In this document: one piece after another, positions 8,424 through 17,480 of the stretch | Position numbering within the stretch: position 1 is the stretch's first letter | How the letters are laid out: every line of letters starts with the position of its first letter | Assembly: GCA_964618145.1 (NCBI GenBank) | Contig: CAZTZR010000003.1 | Span: 997-64,996, forward strand | Direction of reading: 5' to 3' | Length of the DNA stretch: 64,000 nucleotides | DNA from: an uncultured Kofleriaceae bacterium | GTDB lineage: Bacteria > Myxococcota_A > Polyangia > HGW-17 | Position numbers and translations under genes: made by a program | The notes under the pieces: model-generated | The model's input: only the letters and a program-made list of their open reading frames with translations | Told to the model about the DNA's origin: nothing | The model's database searches: none

Positions 8424-11234
8424 TCAGGTGGCCAGGCATTGGCCGGTAAAACTGGCGTTGTTACGGGCGAGGGCTTCCACAGTGCCCTCGGCGACAATAT
8501 AGCCTCCGGCGTCGCCGCCTTCCGGGCCCAGGTCGATGACATGGTCGGCGCAACGGATGACATCCAGGTTGTGTTCGATGACCACCACGGAATTGCCGGC
8601 ATCCACCAGACGCTGCAGGACCGTCACCAGTTTCCGGATGTCATCGGAATGCAGACCCAGGGTGGGCTCGTCCAGCAGGAACAGGGTGCGGCCCGTATCC
8701 GCCCGGGCCAGTTCCCGGGCCAGTTTGACCCGCTGGGCTTCCCCGCCGGAAAGGGTGGTGGCACTCTGGCCCAGACTCATGTATTCCAGACCCACATCGG
8801 CGAGGGTTTGCAGGATGCGCGCCAGGGTGGGGAGCCCGGCAAAAAGCGGCAGGGCCGCTTCCACGGACAGGTTCAGGATTTCGGAGATGTCCAGGCCCCG
8901 GTATTTCACCCGCAAGGTGGCATCGTTGTATCGCCTGCCGTGACAGGTCTCACATGGAACGTAAACATCGGGCAGAAAGTGCATTTCGATCCGGCGTACG
9001 CCATCCCCCTTGCAGGATTCGCAGCGACCGCCAGCCACGTTGAAGGAAAACCGTCCGGGGCCGTAACCGGCGGCCCGGGCGGTGGGAAGTTGGGCGAACA
9101 GGTTCCGGACGAGATCGAACGCCTTGGTGTAGGTGGCCGGATTGGAACGGGGTGTCCGTCCGATGGGGGACTGGTCGATGTGGATCACCTTGTCGACATG
9201 TTCCAGACCGTCAATGCGGTCGTGGGCGCCGATGGCGGTTTTGGCGTGGTGAAGGTGGGCCGCCAGGGCAGGATGCAGGATGCCCCGTACAAGGGAAGAC
9301 TTTCCCGCTCCCGACACGCCCGTGACGGCCGTGAGACATCCCAGGGGGAAAGCCACATCCATGCCCTTGAGGTTGTTTTCCCGGGCGTTGCGCACCACCA
9401 GATGGACGGCAGGAACCCGCCGGGTCCGGGGTGGTTCGAGTTGCAGCCGTCCGGAAAGGTAGCGGCCGGTGAGGGTATCCGAATGCACAAGTTCCCGTGG
9501 GGGTCCCTCGAACACCACCTGTCCGCCCCGGACGCCTGCACCCGGTCCGAAGTCCACCACATGATCGGCGGCGCGCATGGTGTCTGCATCGTGCTCCACC
9601 ACGATCACCGTGTTGCCGTTGTCCCGCAGGGTGCAAAGGGACCGGATCAGGCGGAAATTGTCCTTCGGATGCAGGCCGATGGAGGGTTCGTCCAGCACAT
9701 AGGTCACGCCGGACAACTCGCTTCCCAGTTGGCTCGCCAGCCGGATGCGCTGGGATTCGCCCCCGGAAAGGGACGGGGCGGGACGATCCAGGGTCAGGTA
9801 TCCCAACCCCACGGAATCCAGAAACCGCAACCGGGCCTGGATCTCCCGCAACAGGCCTTCGGCGATGCGCTTTCGCCCTTCATCCAGTTTCATGTGGGAG
9901 AAATGCGACAGGCAGGCAAGAACCGTTTGGGCACATACTTCCGGGAGACTTTTCCCTGCCACCCGCACCGCGCGGGATTCCGGACGCAGACGGGTGCCTC
10001 CGCATTCCCGGCAGGATGACTCCGACAGGTACCCGGCATAATAATCCCGCATGGCCTGGGATTGGGTTTCGCGGTACCGCCGCATGAGGGTGTTCAGCAC
10101 CCCCTCGTATTCCATCAGGAAGGTTCCGCTCCCCCGCTTGTGGTGCATTTCCACGGGAAACTTTTCTCCGCCGTTGCCAAAGAGCAGCAAATCCCGGTGA
10201 GCCGCCGGCAACCGGGAGAACGGCGCGTCGAAGTTGATTCCGTAGCGCCGTTCCAGGGCCTGGAAAATGGCGAAGTTCCATCCATCCTGCCGCTCCATGG
10301 TGGCGGCCCAGGGTTCAATGGCCCCCTGGCGAACGGAACGCGAACCGTCGGGAATCACCCTGGCAGGATCCATTTCCATGCAATGTCCCAGCCCGTGACA
10401 GGCGGGACACATCCCGATGGGGCTGTTGAAGGAAAACCCCTGGGGCGTCGGCTCGGGCAGTCCCAATCCGCAACGGGTGCAGGTGCGCCGCAGGGAAAAG
10501 CGTTTGGCCTTCTCCGGCAGGGACACCGGTTCGGCGATCAGTTCCCCCTGTCCTTCCCGCAGTGCGGTTTCCACGGAGTCGGCCAGGCGGCCGGCATCCA
10601 CCCTGGCGGGGGTGATGCGGTCCACCACCAGTTCAATGGTGTGCTTTTTCGTTTTCGAAAGGGTCATCTCCGGTTCCAGGGAAAGGATCTTCCCGTTGAC
10701 CCGCACCCGGGCATAGCCCCGTGACGCCAAATCCGCGAACAACTCGGCAAAGGTTCCCTTGCGCAGTTCCACCAGGGGAGAAAGAATCAGGGCGGGTTCC
10801 TCCCATTGCGCCAGTTCACGAACGATTTGCGAGGAATCCACAGGCTCCACGGTGCAATCGCAAACGGGGCAGAACTGGGTTCCCACCCGGGCGTACAGCA
10901 CCCGGAGGTGGTCGTGAACCTCGGTGACGGTGCCCACCGTGGAGCGGGGATTGGATGCGGCCGTCTTCTGTTCGATGGCGATGGAGGGTGTCAGTCCGCG
11001 GATATGCTCACAGGCAGGTTTTTCCATCTGCCCCAGAAATTGCCGGGCGTAGGACGACAGGCTTTCCACATAGCGGCGTTGTCCTTCCGCGTAGATGGTA
11101 TCAAACGCCATGGAAGACTTTCCCGAACCTGACACCCCCGTGAAAACCACGAGACGGTTCTTGGGCACCCGCAGGTGCTCCACCCGCAGGTTGTGTTGTC
11201 GTGCGCCGGTGATTTCGATGAATTCGTTCTGCAT
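8424..11234 (-). CDS. uvrA: Excinuclease ABC subunit A
   Basis: Start MQNEFIEITGARQHNL; GVSGSGKSS Walker A; two ABC signature regions; Zn-finger CxxC pairs. ORF runs to 11297. Confidence 0.95.
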   Translation of the reverse strand: MQNEFIEITGARQHNLRVEHLRVPKNRLVVFTGVSGSGKSSMAFDTIYAEGQRRYVESLSSYARQFLGQMEKPACEHIRGLTPSIAIEQKTAASNPRSTVGTVTEVHDHLRVLYARVGTQFCPVCDCTVEPVDSSQIVRELAQWEEPALILSPLVELRKGTFAELFADLASRGYARVRVNGKILSLEPEMTLSKTKKHTIELVVDRITPARVDAGRLADSVETALREGQGELIAEPVSLPEKAKRFSLRRTCTRCGLGLPEPTPQGFSFNSPIGMCPACHGLGHCMEMDPARVIPDGSRSVRQGAIEPWAATMERQDGWNFAIFQALERRYGINFDAPFSRLPAAHRDLLLFGNGGEKFPVEMHHKRGSGTFLMEYEGVLNTLMRRYRETQSQAMRDYYAGYLSESSCRECGGTRLRPESRAVRVAGKSLPEVCAQTVLACLSHFSHMKLDEGRKRIAEGLLREIQARLRFLDSVGLGYLTLDRPAPSLSGGESQRIRLASQLGSELSGVTYVLDEPSIGLHPKDNFRLIRSLCTLRDNGNTVIVVEHDADTMRAADHVVDFGPGAGVRGGQVVFEGPPRELVHSDTLTGRYLSGRLQLEPPRTRRVPAVHLVVRNARENNLKGMDVAFPLGCLTAVTGVSGAGKSSLVRGILHPALAAHLHHAKTAIGAHDRIDGLEHVDKVIHIDQSPIGRTPRSNPATYTKAFDLVRNLFAQLPTARAAGYGPGRFSFNVAGGRCESCKGDGVRRIEMHFLPDVYVPCETCHGRRYNDATLRVKYRGLDISEILNLSVEAALPLFAGLPTLARILQTLADVGLEYMSLGQSATTLSGGEAQRVKLARELARADTGRTLFLLDEPTLGLHSDDIRKLVTVLQRLVDAGNSVVVIEHNLDVIRCADHVIDLGPEGGDAGGYIVAEGTVEALARNNASFTGQCLAT

Positions 11235-11334
11235 GGTCGGGTGCCGGTTCCCTGCCTGTGATCCAATACACCAAATACTCGGGATGAACCAAGTCATTTT
11301 TTGATGAACACGAGGGACAACCGTTTGTATGGGA

Positions 11335-12912
11335 TCAAAGACATTGATTGGTCAGATCGAGGATTTCCTGCAATTCCGGGTCGGATGTCTGGTCGATCAA
11401 TCCCTGCAGTTCCGAAAGCAACAGGACTTTCTGCTGACCCCGGTCCTGTTCGTCGTAAATGGATTGACCGGCCAGGAAGCGGGCGTAGTTCACCACGGCA
11501 TTAGCCTTGTTCAGCATGCATCTTGAGCCTTGCAGCAGTTGCCCGACCGTCATGGTGACAGTTTCACTTCGGGCCTCGCGGGTCAGGGGATCCATCCAGG
11601 TGGCACGAAACACGATTTCCTGGGAATAAACGGGATTATCGTCACAATAATGCAAAAACGAGTGAAACAGCATTGCGTCATTGGGCGCCAGATGCTGGGG
11701 ACGCACTTCCTCGGGGTTCGTGGAGATCTCTTCTCCGTGGAACCGGGAGATGACAAAACCGGGGGGAAGCGTCATTTCCAGGCGCACGTTGAGTGCCGCA
11801 ATGTCCAGGTTCTGGAGAAACCGTTTCTCGGAAAAGGACTCGTATGCGGTGGCTTCGTCATTGATGTACAGGTAGGCGCCCCGTCCATAATCCGTCACGG
11901 TGTCCATCAACTGGTGATTGTAGTAATCCCCGGTTCCGACACCGATCAGGAAGATGCCGTCCCCTTCCTCCATGGAAGCGGCTTCCCCGATAAGCGTGTG
12001 AGATGTGACTCCGGTGTTGGCCCCGCCATCGCTGATGAGGATGACCCGGGTCAGTCGGTCCAGGGAATAGTGTTGCCTGGCCTGTTCATAGGCCCGGATC
12101 AAGCCACCGTTCAAATCGGTGCTTCCCGTGGCACCGAGGTTTTCGATGATGCCTGACAGGGTGGGGTCCGCCGGACCGCTTACCATGTGTCCGGAAAGCA
12201 GTACGTTCTGCACATGGCTCCATTCCACCAGGGAAATCATGTCCCCCTGACGCAACCGTACAGAGATCGCCCTGAGCGTGTGTTTCAGATTTTCAATGGG
12301 CAGACCGCTCATCGATCCGCTGGTATCCAGGCTGAACACGAAATGGACGGGGCGGCGATCCGCCAGGGTGCGGGCTTCGGAAACGAGCCCCACCAGCAGT
12401 TTGTACTGCCCGTCTTCGTCCAGCATCATTTCCGGGTAAATGGCCAGTTGGCCTGCCGGGGCAGGTTCATAGTCAAATGTGTAATAATTCAGGAATTCGT
12501 ATTCCCTGGGTGCCAAGTGGCGCAATTGATTGCAGTTGCCCTTGAGAATGCGATCCTTGGCCAGCATGGGCTGAGCCTGGGAGGCTGAGTCATCCGCACT
12601 CATGAAATAGGTCGTGGGTTCTTCCGGAGCCGTTTCGCAGAGCAGTTCCAGCCATTCTTCCAATGGGATGTCACCGATGGGTTCCCCATCCGGGTCCGTG
12701 CCGGCGTCCTGATGATTATTGCTGTTGTTAGAATTGTTAAAGTTATTGTAGTAGTTGTTTTGGTTGTTGTAGTAGTTGTTTGTGTTGTTGAGGTTATTAT
12801 AATAATTGTTTTGGTTATTAGTTGATTTTTTGCCGGATTCCGCAGTGCAGTTCGTTAATATAAATACGATCATTAAATGGAAAAAAGCTAAGTTCCGCAA
12901 CATGGCAATCAC
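11335..12912 (-). CDS. VWA-domain lipoprotein with poly-Asn linker
   Basis: Signal peptide MLRNLAFFHLMIVFILTNC (lipobox). Linker NNQNNYYNNLNNTNNYYNNQNNYYNNFNNSNNSNN. MIDAS motif VHFVFSLDTSGSMSG. Confidence 0.8.
   Translation of the reverse strand: MIAMLRNLAFFHLMIVFILTNCTAESGKKSTNNQNNYYNNLNNTNNYYNNQNNYYNNFNNSNNSNNHQDAGTDPDGEPIGDIPLEEWLELLCETAPEEPTTYFMSADDSASQAQPMLAKDRILKGNCNQLRHLAPREYEFLNYYTFDYEPAPAGQLAIYPEMMLDEDGQYKLLVGLVSEARTLADRRPVHFVFSLDTSGSMSGLPIENLKHTLRAISVRLRQGDMISLVEWSHVQNVLLSGHMVSGPADPTLSGIIENLGATGSTDLNGGLIRAYEQARQHYSLDRLTRVILISDGGANTGVTSHTLIGEAASMEEGDGIFLIGVGTGDYYNHQLMDTVTDYGRGAYLYINDEATAYESFSEKRFLQNLDIAALNVRLEMTLPPGFVISRFHGEEISTNPEEVRPQHLAPNDAMLFHSFLHYCDDNPVYSQEIVFRATWMDPLTREARSETVTMTVGQLLQGSRCMLNKANAVVNYARFLAGQSIYDEQDRGQQKVLLLSELQGLIDQTSDPELQEILDLTNQCL
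12705..12860. repeat. AAC/AAT-rich coding microsatellite (poly-Asn linker of VWA lipoprotein)
   Basis: gttgttgtagtagttgtt... on the plus strand (RC of AAC-rich codons). Confidence 0.7.
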
Positions 12913-12992
12913 CTTTCTTGTCCGGGGTTATGACGGACTCCAAATTATTACCATGTATTTTTAGATGTGCAAACCTTATTGAATCGTTGGGA

Positions 12993-13337
12993 TCAGTGGG
13001 GGACGCCGTAAATCGGTACGGGTTCGGGCTCCCGGGGTTGCTGTTCGGGCGACTGGCGCTGCCCGCCTTTCACATCGGGTTCCGCGGGCGGCTCATCCAC
13101 CGAATCGGCGGCTTCCCGGGCTGCCGGTCCCTGATACAGGACTGTGGGACCCGGATCCGGCCGACAGGCGATGGTCGGCAGACCCAGTCCGGCCGCCAGC
13201 AGGGTGGCGCAGATCCAGCCGGGGGTCCGGGTGCGGGGTTGTTTTGCAGATTCCATGGCGCGTTGGATTTTTTCCTGGATATCCATTGGATGCCCTCCAG
13301 TCCAGATATTTCTGCGCCTGAATCCGGGGGTTGTCAA
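12993..13337 (-). CDS. Small putative secreted/lipoprotein (hypothetical)
   Basis: Hydrophobic segment WICATLLAAGLGLPTIAC followed by a Pro/Glu-rich tail. Weak support. Confidence 0.3.
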   Translation of the reverse strand: MTTPGFRRRNIWTGGHPMDIQEKIQRAMESAKQPRTRTPGWICATLLAAGLGLPTIACRPDPGPTVLYQGPAAREAADSVDEPPAEPDVKGGQRQSPEQQPREPEPVPIYGVPH

Positions 13338-13347
13338 TCAGTAAGAA

Positions 13348-14637
13348 TTGGTTAATGCGGGCACATATGTTACGTTTCGGCATGGAGAGAAGGAACCTGT
13401 GGCCGTAAGCATTGCCGAAATCATCATTTACTGCCTGATCGCCGACTGGTGTTTCCGTCGCATGGGAATTCCGGGACTCATCGGCATGCTGTTCACGGGG
13501 GTTGTCCTTGGGCCGTATGTCCTCGGGGTCATTGATCCCAATCTCTTGGCCATCGGGCCGGATCTGCGCCTCATCGCCTTGATCGTGATCCTTTTGCGGG
13601 TCGGCTTCGAATTGCGCCGATCGACCCTGCACCGGATCGGGGGCAGGGCCCTGCTCCTGGCGATGATCCCCGCCACCATGGAAGGCATTGCCATCACGAT
13701 TGCCGGACCGTGGTTGCTTGGCCTCGGTTGGCTGGAATCAGCCGTGTTGGGATCGGTTCTGGCAGCCGTTTCCCCGGCGGTGGTGGTTCCGTCCATGATC
13801 AAATTCATCAAGGAGCGTCGGGGCACGGGCAAGGACATCCCCACCATGGTCATGGCGGCGGCGTCGGTGGATGATGTGTACGTGATCGTTGTGCATACCG
13901 CCATCCTGGGGGTTCTGGTGGGTCGCCAGGTCAACATGGCTGCGCAAATCGCCATTGTCCCTCTTTCCCTGATCATCGGGATTGCCATTGGGCTGGCTCT
14001 CGGAATCATCCTGTACAAACTGTTCGACCTTTTCAATCCCCGGGCGACCAAAAGGGTCATGATCGTGATTGCCCTGTCGATTCTCCTGGTGCGCCTGCAG
14101 CACCTGCTGGCCGGCATCCTGCCGTTTGCCGGCCTGGTTTCCGCCATGGCCATCGGATTCATCATTCTGGAAAAACGCGAGAAAATGGCTCACGAACTTT
14201 CGTCCAAACTGGCCAAGGTCTGGGTCTTTGCCGAAATCATCCTGTTTTCCATGGTAGGAGCCCAGGTGAACGTTGGCGTTGCGTGGCGGGCCGGTGCCAT
14301 GGGTGCCGCCATCATCGGCATCGGTCTGGCCGCCCGTGGCATTGGGGTGGCCCTGTGTCTTGTCCGCAGCAGGTTGAATTTCATGGAAAGGTTGTTTGTG
14401 GTGGTTGCCTATTCCCCGAAAGCCACCGTGCAGGCTGCCATCGGTTCTGCGCCGCTGTTGGCGATGAGTTCTGCCGGGATGGACACCGGGCCCGGGGAAC
14501 TGATTCTGGCGATTGCCGTTCTGAGCATCATTCTGACGGCCCCCACCGGCGCCTGGGCGATCCATGCCCTGGGTCGCCGCGTACTGGAAGTGGCCCCGGC
14601 CCCGATAAGCCCGGGAGATGAATCCCTGAGTCATTGA
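13348..14637 (+). CDS. Cation:proton antiporter (CPA1/NhaP-type Na+/H+ exchanger)
   Basis: 10 or more TM helices; motifs MLFTGVVLGPYVLGVID, LLRVGFELR, AAASVDDVYVIV typical of the Na_H_Exchanger family. Confidence 0.8.
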   Translation: MVNAGTYVTFRHGEKEPVAVSIAEIIIYCLIADWCFRRMGIPGLIGMLFTGVVLGPYVLGVIDPNLLAIGPDLRLIALIVILLRVGFELRRSTLHRIGGRALLLAMIPATMEGIAITIAGPWLLGLGWLESAVLGSVLAAVSPAVVVPSMIKFIKERRGTGKDIPTMVMAAASVDDVYVIVVHTAILGVLVGRQVNMAAQIAIVPLSLIIGIAIGLALGIILYKLFDLFNPRATKRVMIVIALSILLVRLQHLLAGILPFAGLVSAMAIGFIILEKREKMAHELSSKLAKVWVFAEIILFSMVGAQVNVGVAWRAGAMGAAIIGIGLAARGIGVALCLVRSRLNFMERLFVVVAYSPKATVQAAIGSAPLLAMSSAGMDTGPGELILAIAVLSIILTAPTGAWAIHALGRRVLEVAPAPISPGDESLSH

Positions 14638-14664
14638 GTCCAGGAAATTCCGGAAGGAGAAAGC

Positions 14665-15549
14665 ATGAATCCGCAAACCATACTCAAACTGGCACAGGAT
14701 CATGGACTTGCATTGCAGGAAGACATGATTGTCAACAATCTGGGGCTTGATTTCCTGGTGGCATTTGCCACGGATCCCGATGGGACCCGATGGGTTCTGC
14801 GTCTTCCACGCCGCAAGGACATGGAGCGGCAAATCGGGCAGGAAAAAAGCATTTTGAATCTCATGCGGAAGCATTTGCCCGTGGCTGTTCCCGATTGGCG
14901 AATTGTGGCTCCGGACTTGATTGCCTATCCCCTCATGGAAGGTCAACCGGTGATCCGGATGAGTCCGGAAACGGGTGACATTGCATGGAGTATCGATCCG
15001 GCCTGTCCTGATTATGTTGTGTCACTGGCTAAAGTGCTGGCGGAAATACACCGGATTCCCGCTCAGGAAGCCGAAACAATGGGACTGAAGTCGTCCACAC
15101 CGGAGATGGTCCGACGGGAAATCATGGAAAAAATCGAACTGGTCGGAAAGGAAATGGGAATACCTGTTGCCCTGGATACCCGCTGGCGCAAATGGGTGGA
15201 TGACGATCGGTATTGGCCCGGGTTTTCTGCAGTGATTCATGGTGATTTGTATGCGGGTCATATTCTGGTGGACGAAAAAGGGATGATCACGGGCCTCATT
15301 GACTGGTCTGAAGGTCAGGTGGGGGATCCCTCCGTGGATTTTGCCGGACATTCCATGCTGTTCGGAGAAGCAAGCCTGCGGGAATTGATTCTTCAGTACG
15401 AGATTGCAGGCGGAAAGGTCTGGGACGGATTGTTCGTGCACACACTGGAGCGCCAGTCTGCGGCTTCCCTCATGTACGCCGCCTTTGCCTTGGGCATTGC
15501 CAGTAATGAGCATATCGAAGCCGCCAGGAAGATGATGGCGTCACAGTGA
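14665..15549 (+). CDS. Mph/APH-family phosphotransferase (macrolide 2'-phosphotransferase-like kinase)
   Basis: Catalytic motifs HGDLYAGHILVD and IDWSEGQVGDPSVDFA. Size about 294 aa. RBS GGAGAAAGC before the ATG. Confidence 0.75.
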   Translation: MNPQTILKLAQDHGLALQEDMIVNNLGLDFLVAFATDPDGTRWVLRLPRRKDMERQIGQEKSILNLMRKHLPVAVPDWRIVAPDLIAYPLMEGQPVIRMSPETGDIAWSIDPACPDYVVSLAKVLAEIHRIPAQEAETMGLKSSTPEMVRREIMEKIELVGKEMGIPVALDTRWRKWVDDDRYWPGFSAVIHGDLYAGHILVDEKGMITGLIDWSEGQVGDPSVDFAGHSMLFGEASLRELILQYEIAGGKVWDGLFVHTLERQSAASLMYAAFALGIASNEHIEAARKMMASQ

Positions 15550-16856
15550 ACGATGAGACATCGGAAGTTACGGGAAGAAATCGCTCTCTTTCCGGGAACG
15601 ACATTCATTGGAAAAAGGATTTGTCGCTTTTTCTCGGAGGCCAGGGTCTCTCGGTTTTTGGTTCCGCGCTGGTTCAGTATGCCATTGTCTGGCACATCAC
15701 TCTGAATACCAAATCAGGTATCATACTGATGTTGTCCGTGGCATGCAGTTTCTTGCCTGCATTCATCCTTTCGCCCATTGCCGGCGTATGCGCGGACCGC
15801 TGGAACCGGAAGCGCCTGGTTGTCTTCTCCGATGCTTTCGTTGCGGTAGTGACCCTTGGGGTGGCACTCCTGTTCATGGCAGGTTCCGGTAGCATCCTGG
15901 TATTGCTGATTGCCCAGACCCTGCGTTCTGCCGGGTCCGCTTTCCAGACTCCTGCCATTGGGGCCATACTCCCCCAAATCGTTCCGAAAGAAAAATTGCT
16001 GCGGGCCAACGGAATCAACAGCAGCATACAGTCCGCCATTCATGTCCTTTCTCCCATGGCCGGCGGAGCCCTCCTGACGCTGGCGCCCATTCACATGGTC
16101 TTTTTCGTGGATGTCGCAACAGCAGCCCTGGCCATCAGCACGCTTGTGCTGTTTTTGCATGTGCCGTCACACGGACATGCGCTGAAACCGGCGAAGGTTG
16201 GTTTTTTCATCGAATTCAAGGAAGGATTTGCCTACCTTGGGGCCCATTCCAGTCAGCTTTTGCTCTTCGTGTATTATGGACTTGTGCTGTTCCTGATTAC
16301 GCCTTCGGCTGCCCTGACACGTTTGTTGGTCGTCAGGGTTTTCGGTGAAGAAGTTTGGCGATTGAGTACCATGGACATGGTTTCTTCCATCGGCATGGTT
16401 GCAGGGGGAATACTGATTGCGACCTGGGGAGGATTCAGGAATCGCCGGATGACGATTCTTGCGGCTTCGGCCATTTTGGGAACGTGTGCATTGATGATTG
16501 GTCTGGTTCAGGATTACGTACAGATAGTCATTGTGATGGCCGTTTTTGGCATGTCTTTGCCGTTGTTCAGTACACCGTTTGCTGTGCTGATTCAGGAGAA
16601 TGTGGAAGAAGCATTTCACGGAAGGATGTTCAGTTTACTGAACATGTTTTCCAAGGGAATCATACCGATCGGAATGCTCGTGTTTGGTCCCCTGTCGGAA
16701 CTTGTCCGGATTGAGGTATTGTTGATCGTGTCGGGCTTGCTCCTTGTACTGTTGGTTTTGATCGCGCTTGTGACGATGCATCGGAACTCCGGATGTGAAA
16801 CACCCGTCAAGGAATGGTGGTTCAAAAGGAAAAAATCAGGAAAAAACCGAACTTGA
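15546..16856 (+). CDS. MFS transporter (Mrx/Mef/EntS-like efflux permease)
   Basis: 12 predicted TM helices. Overlaps the upstream kinase stop by 4 nt (ATGA). N-terminal FLGGQGLSVFGSALVQYAIVWHI. Confidence 0.8.
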   Translation: MNDETSEVTGRNRSLSGNDIHWKKDLSLFLGGQGLSVFGSALVQYAIVWHITLNTKSGIILMLSVACSFLPAFILSPIAGVCADRWNRKRLVVFSDAFVAVVTLGVALLFMAGSGSILVLLIAQTLRSAGSAFQTPAIGAILPQIVPKEKLLRANGINSSIQSAIHVLSPMAGGALLTLAPIHMVFFVDVATAALAISTLVLFLHVPSHGHALKPAKVGFFIEFKEGFAYLGAHSSQLLLFVYYGLVLFLITPSAALTRLLVVRVFGEEVWRLSTMDMVSSIGMVAGGILIATWGGFRNRRMTILAASAILGTCALMIGLVQDYVQIVIVMAVFGMSLPLFSTPFAVLIQENVEEAFHGRMFSLLNMFSKGIIPIGMLVFGPLSELVRIEVLLIVSGLLLVLLVLIALVTMHRNSGCETPVKEWWFKRKKSGKNRT

Positions 16857-16993
16857 AGAAGGTGTCGCCGAGTCCGAACTTCCAGTCCTGCACCAAGCCC
16901 AGATCGAAATCCCGGCACTGAACCGTACAAAAGGCTGGAAGGAATGGTTGCGGTCATTTCCGAATAAAATGACGTTTTGTTGGCGTGAAGTGG

Positions 16994-17407
16994 TCAGTAC
17001 ACGCAGATGACCGCCAGGTTGTGGGTTTCGTCGGTGGGTTCAAGGTTGTAGGTGCAGGAGTACTCCCAGGAACGGCCCCACCGCAGGTAATAGGTTCCGG
17101 GCTGGGTAGGGAGTTTGAGGGAAAACGAATACCCGGAAGTCGGGGTTGCCTGCACGTTGTGGACGCAGTGGGAAAACCCCGCGCTGGGGGCATCATCGGA
17201 GGCTGGCGGGTTGCCCGCGAAAAATCCCTAGTACAGTTGGACGATACACGTGGTGCATCCGGTCAGGGATGCATTGTATGCAAAGTTTCCCGAAACGGTG
17301 ACCTCGGAAATAGCCGAAAGCCCCGAGGTATTGAACACGCAACCCGGAATCAACAGGAAGCAAAAACCTGAACAAATCACAATCCGGCGGAAAAAATGGT
17401 GTTGCAT
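16994..17407 (-). pseudogene. Small lipoprotein gene interrupted by an in-frame TAG (amber) at 17228-17230
   Basis: Manual translation: MQHHFFRRIVICSGFCFLLIPGC...CIVQLY*GFFAGNPPASDDAPS...HNLAVICVY*. Lipobox LIPGC. The frame continues 78 codons past the TAG. Below the 60-aa cutoff, so absent from the ORF track. Confidence 0.4.
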
Positions 17408-17480
17408 GGATCAACTCCCCCAAAAAAAGTATCACGGGATCCATAGGGCGTCAAACGCACCGGGCTGGATGGCAGGAATG

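Noticed and set aside
8439-10019. 526-aa plus-strand ORF inside uvrA
   Set aside because: Antisense to a confidently identified uvrA. Gly/Arg/His-rich composition typical of GC-rich antisense frames, with no recognisable domain.
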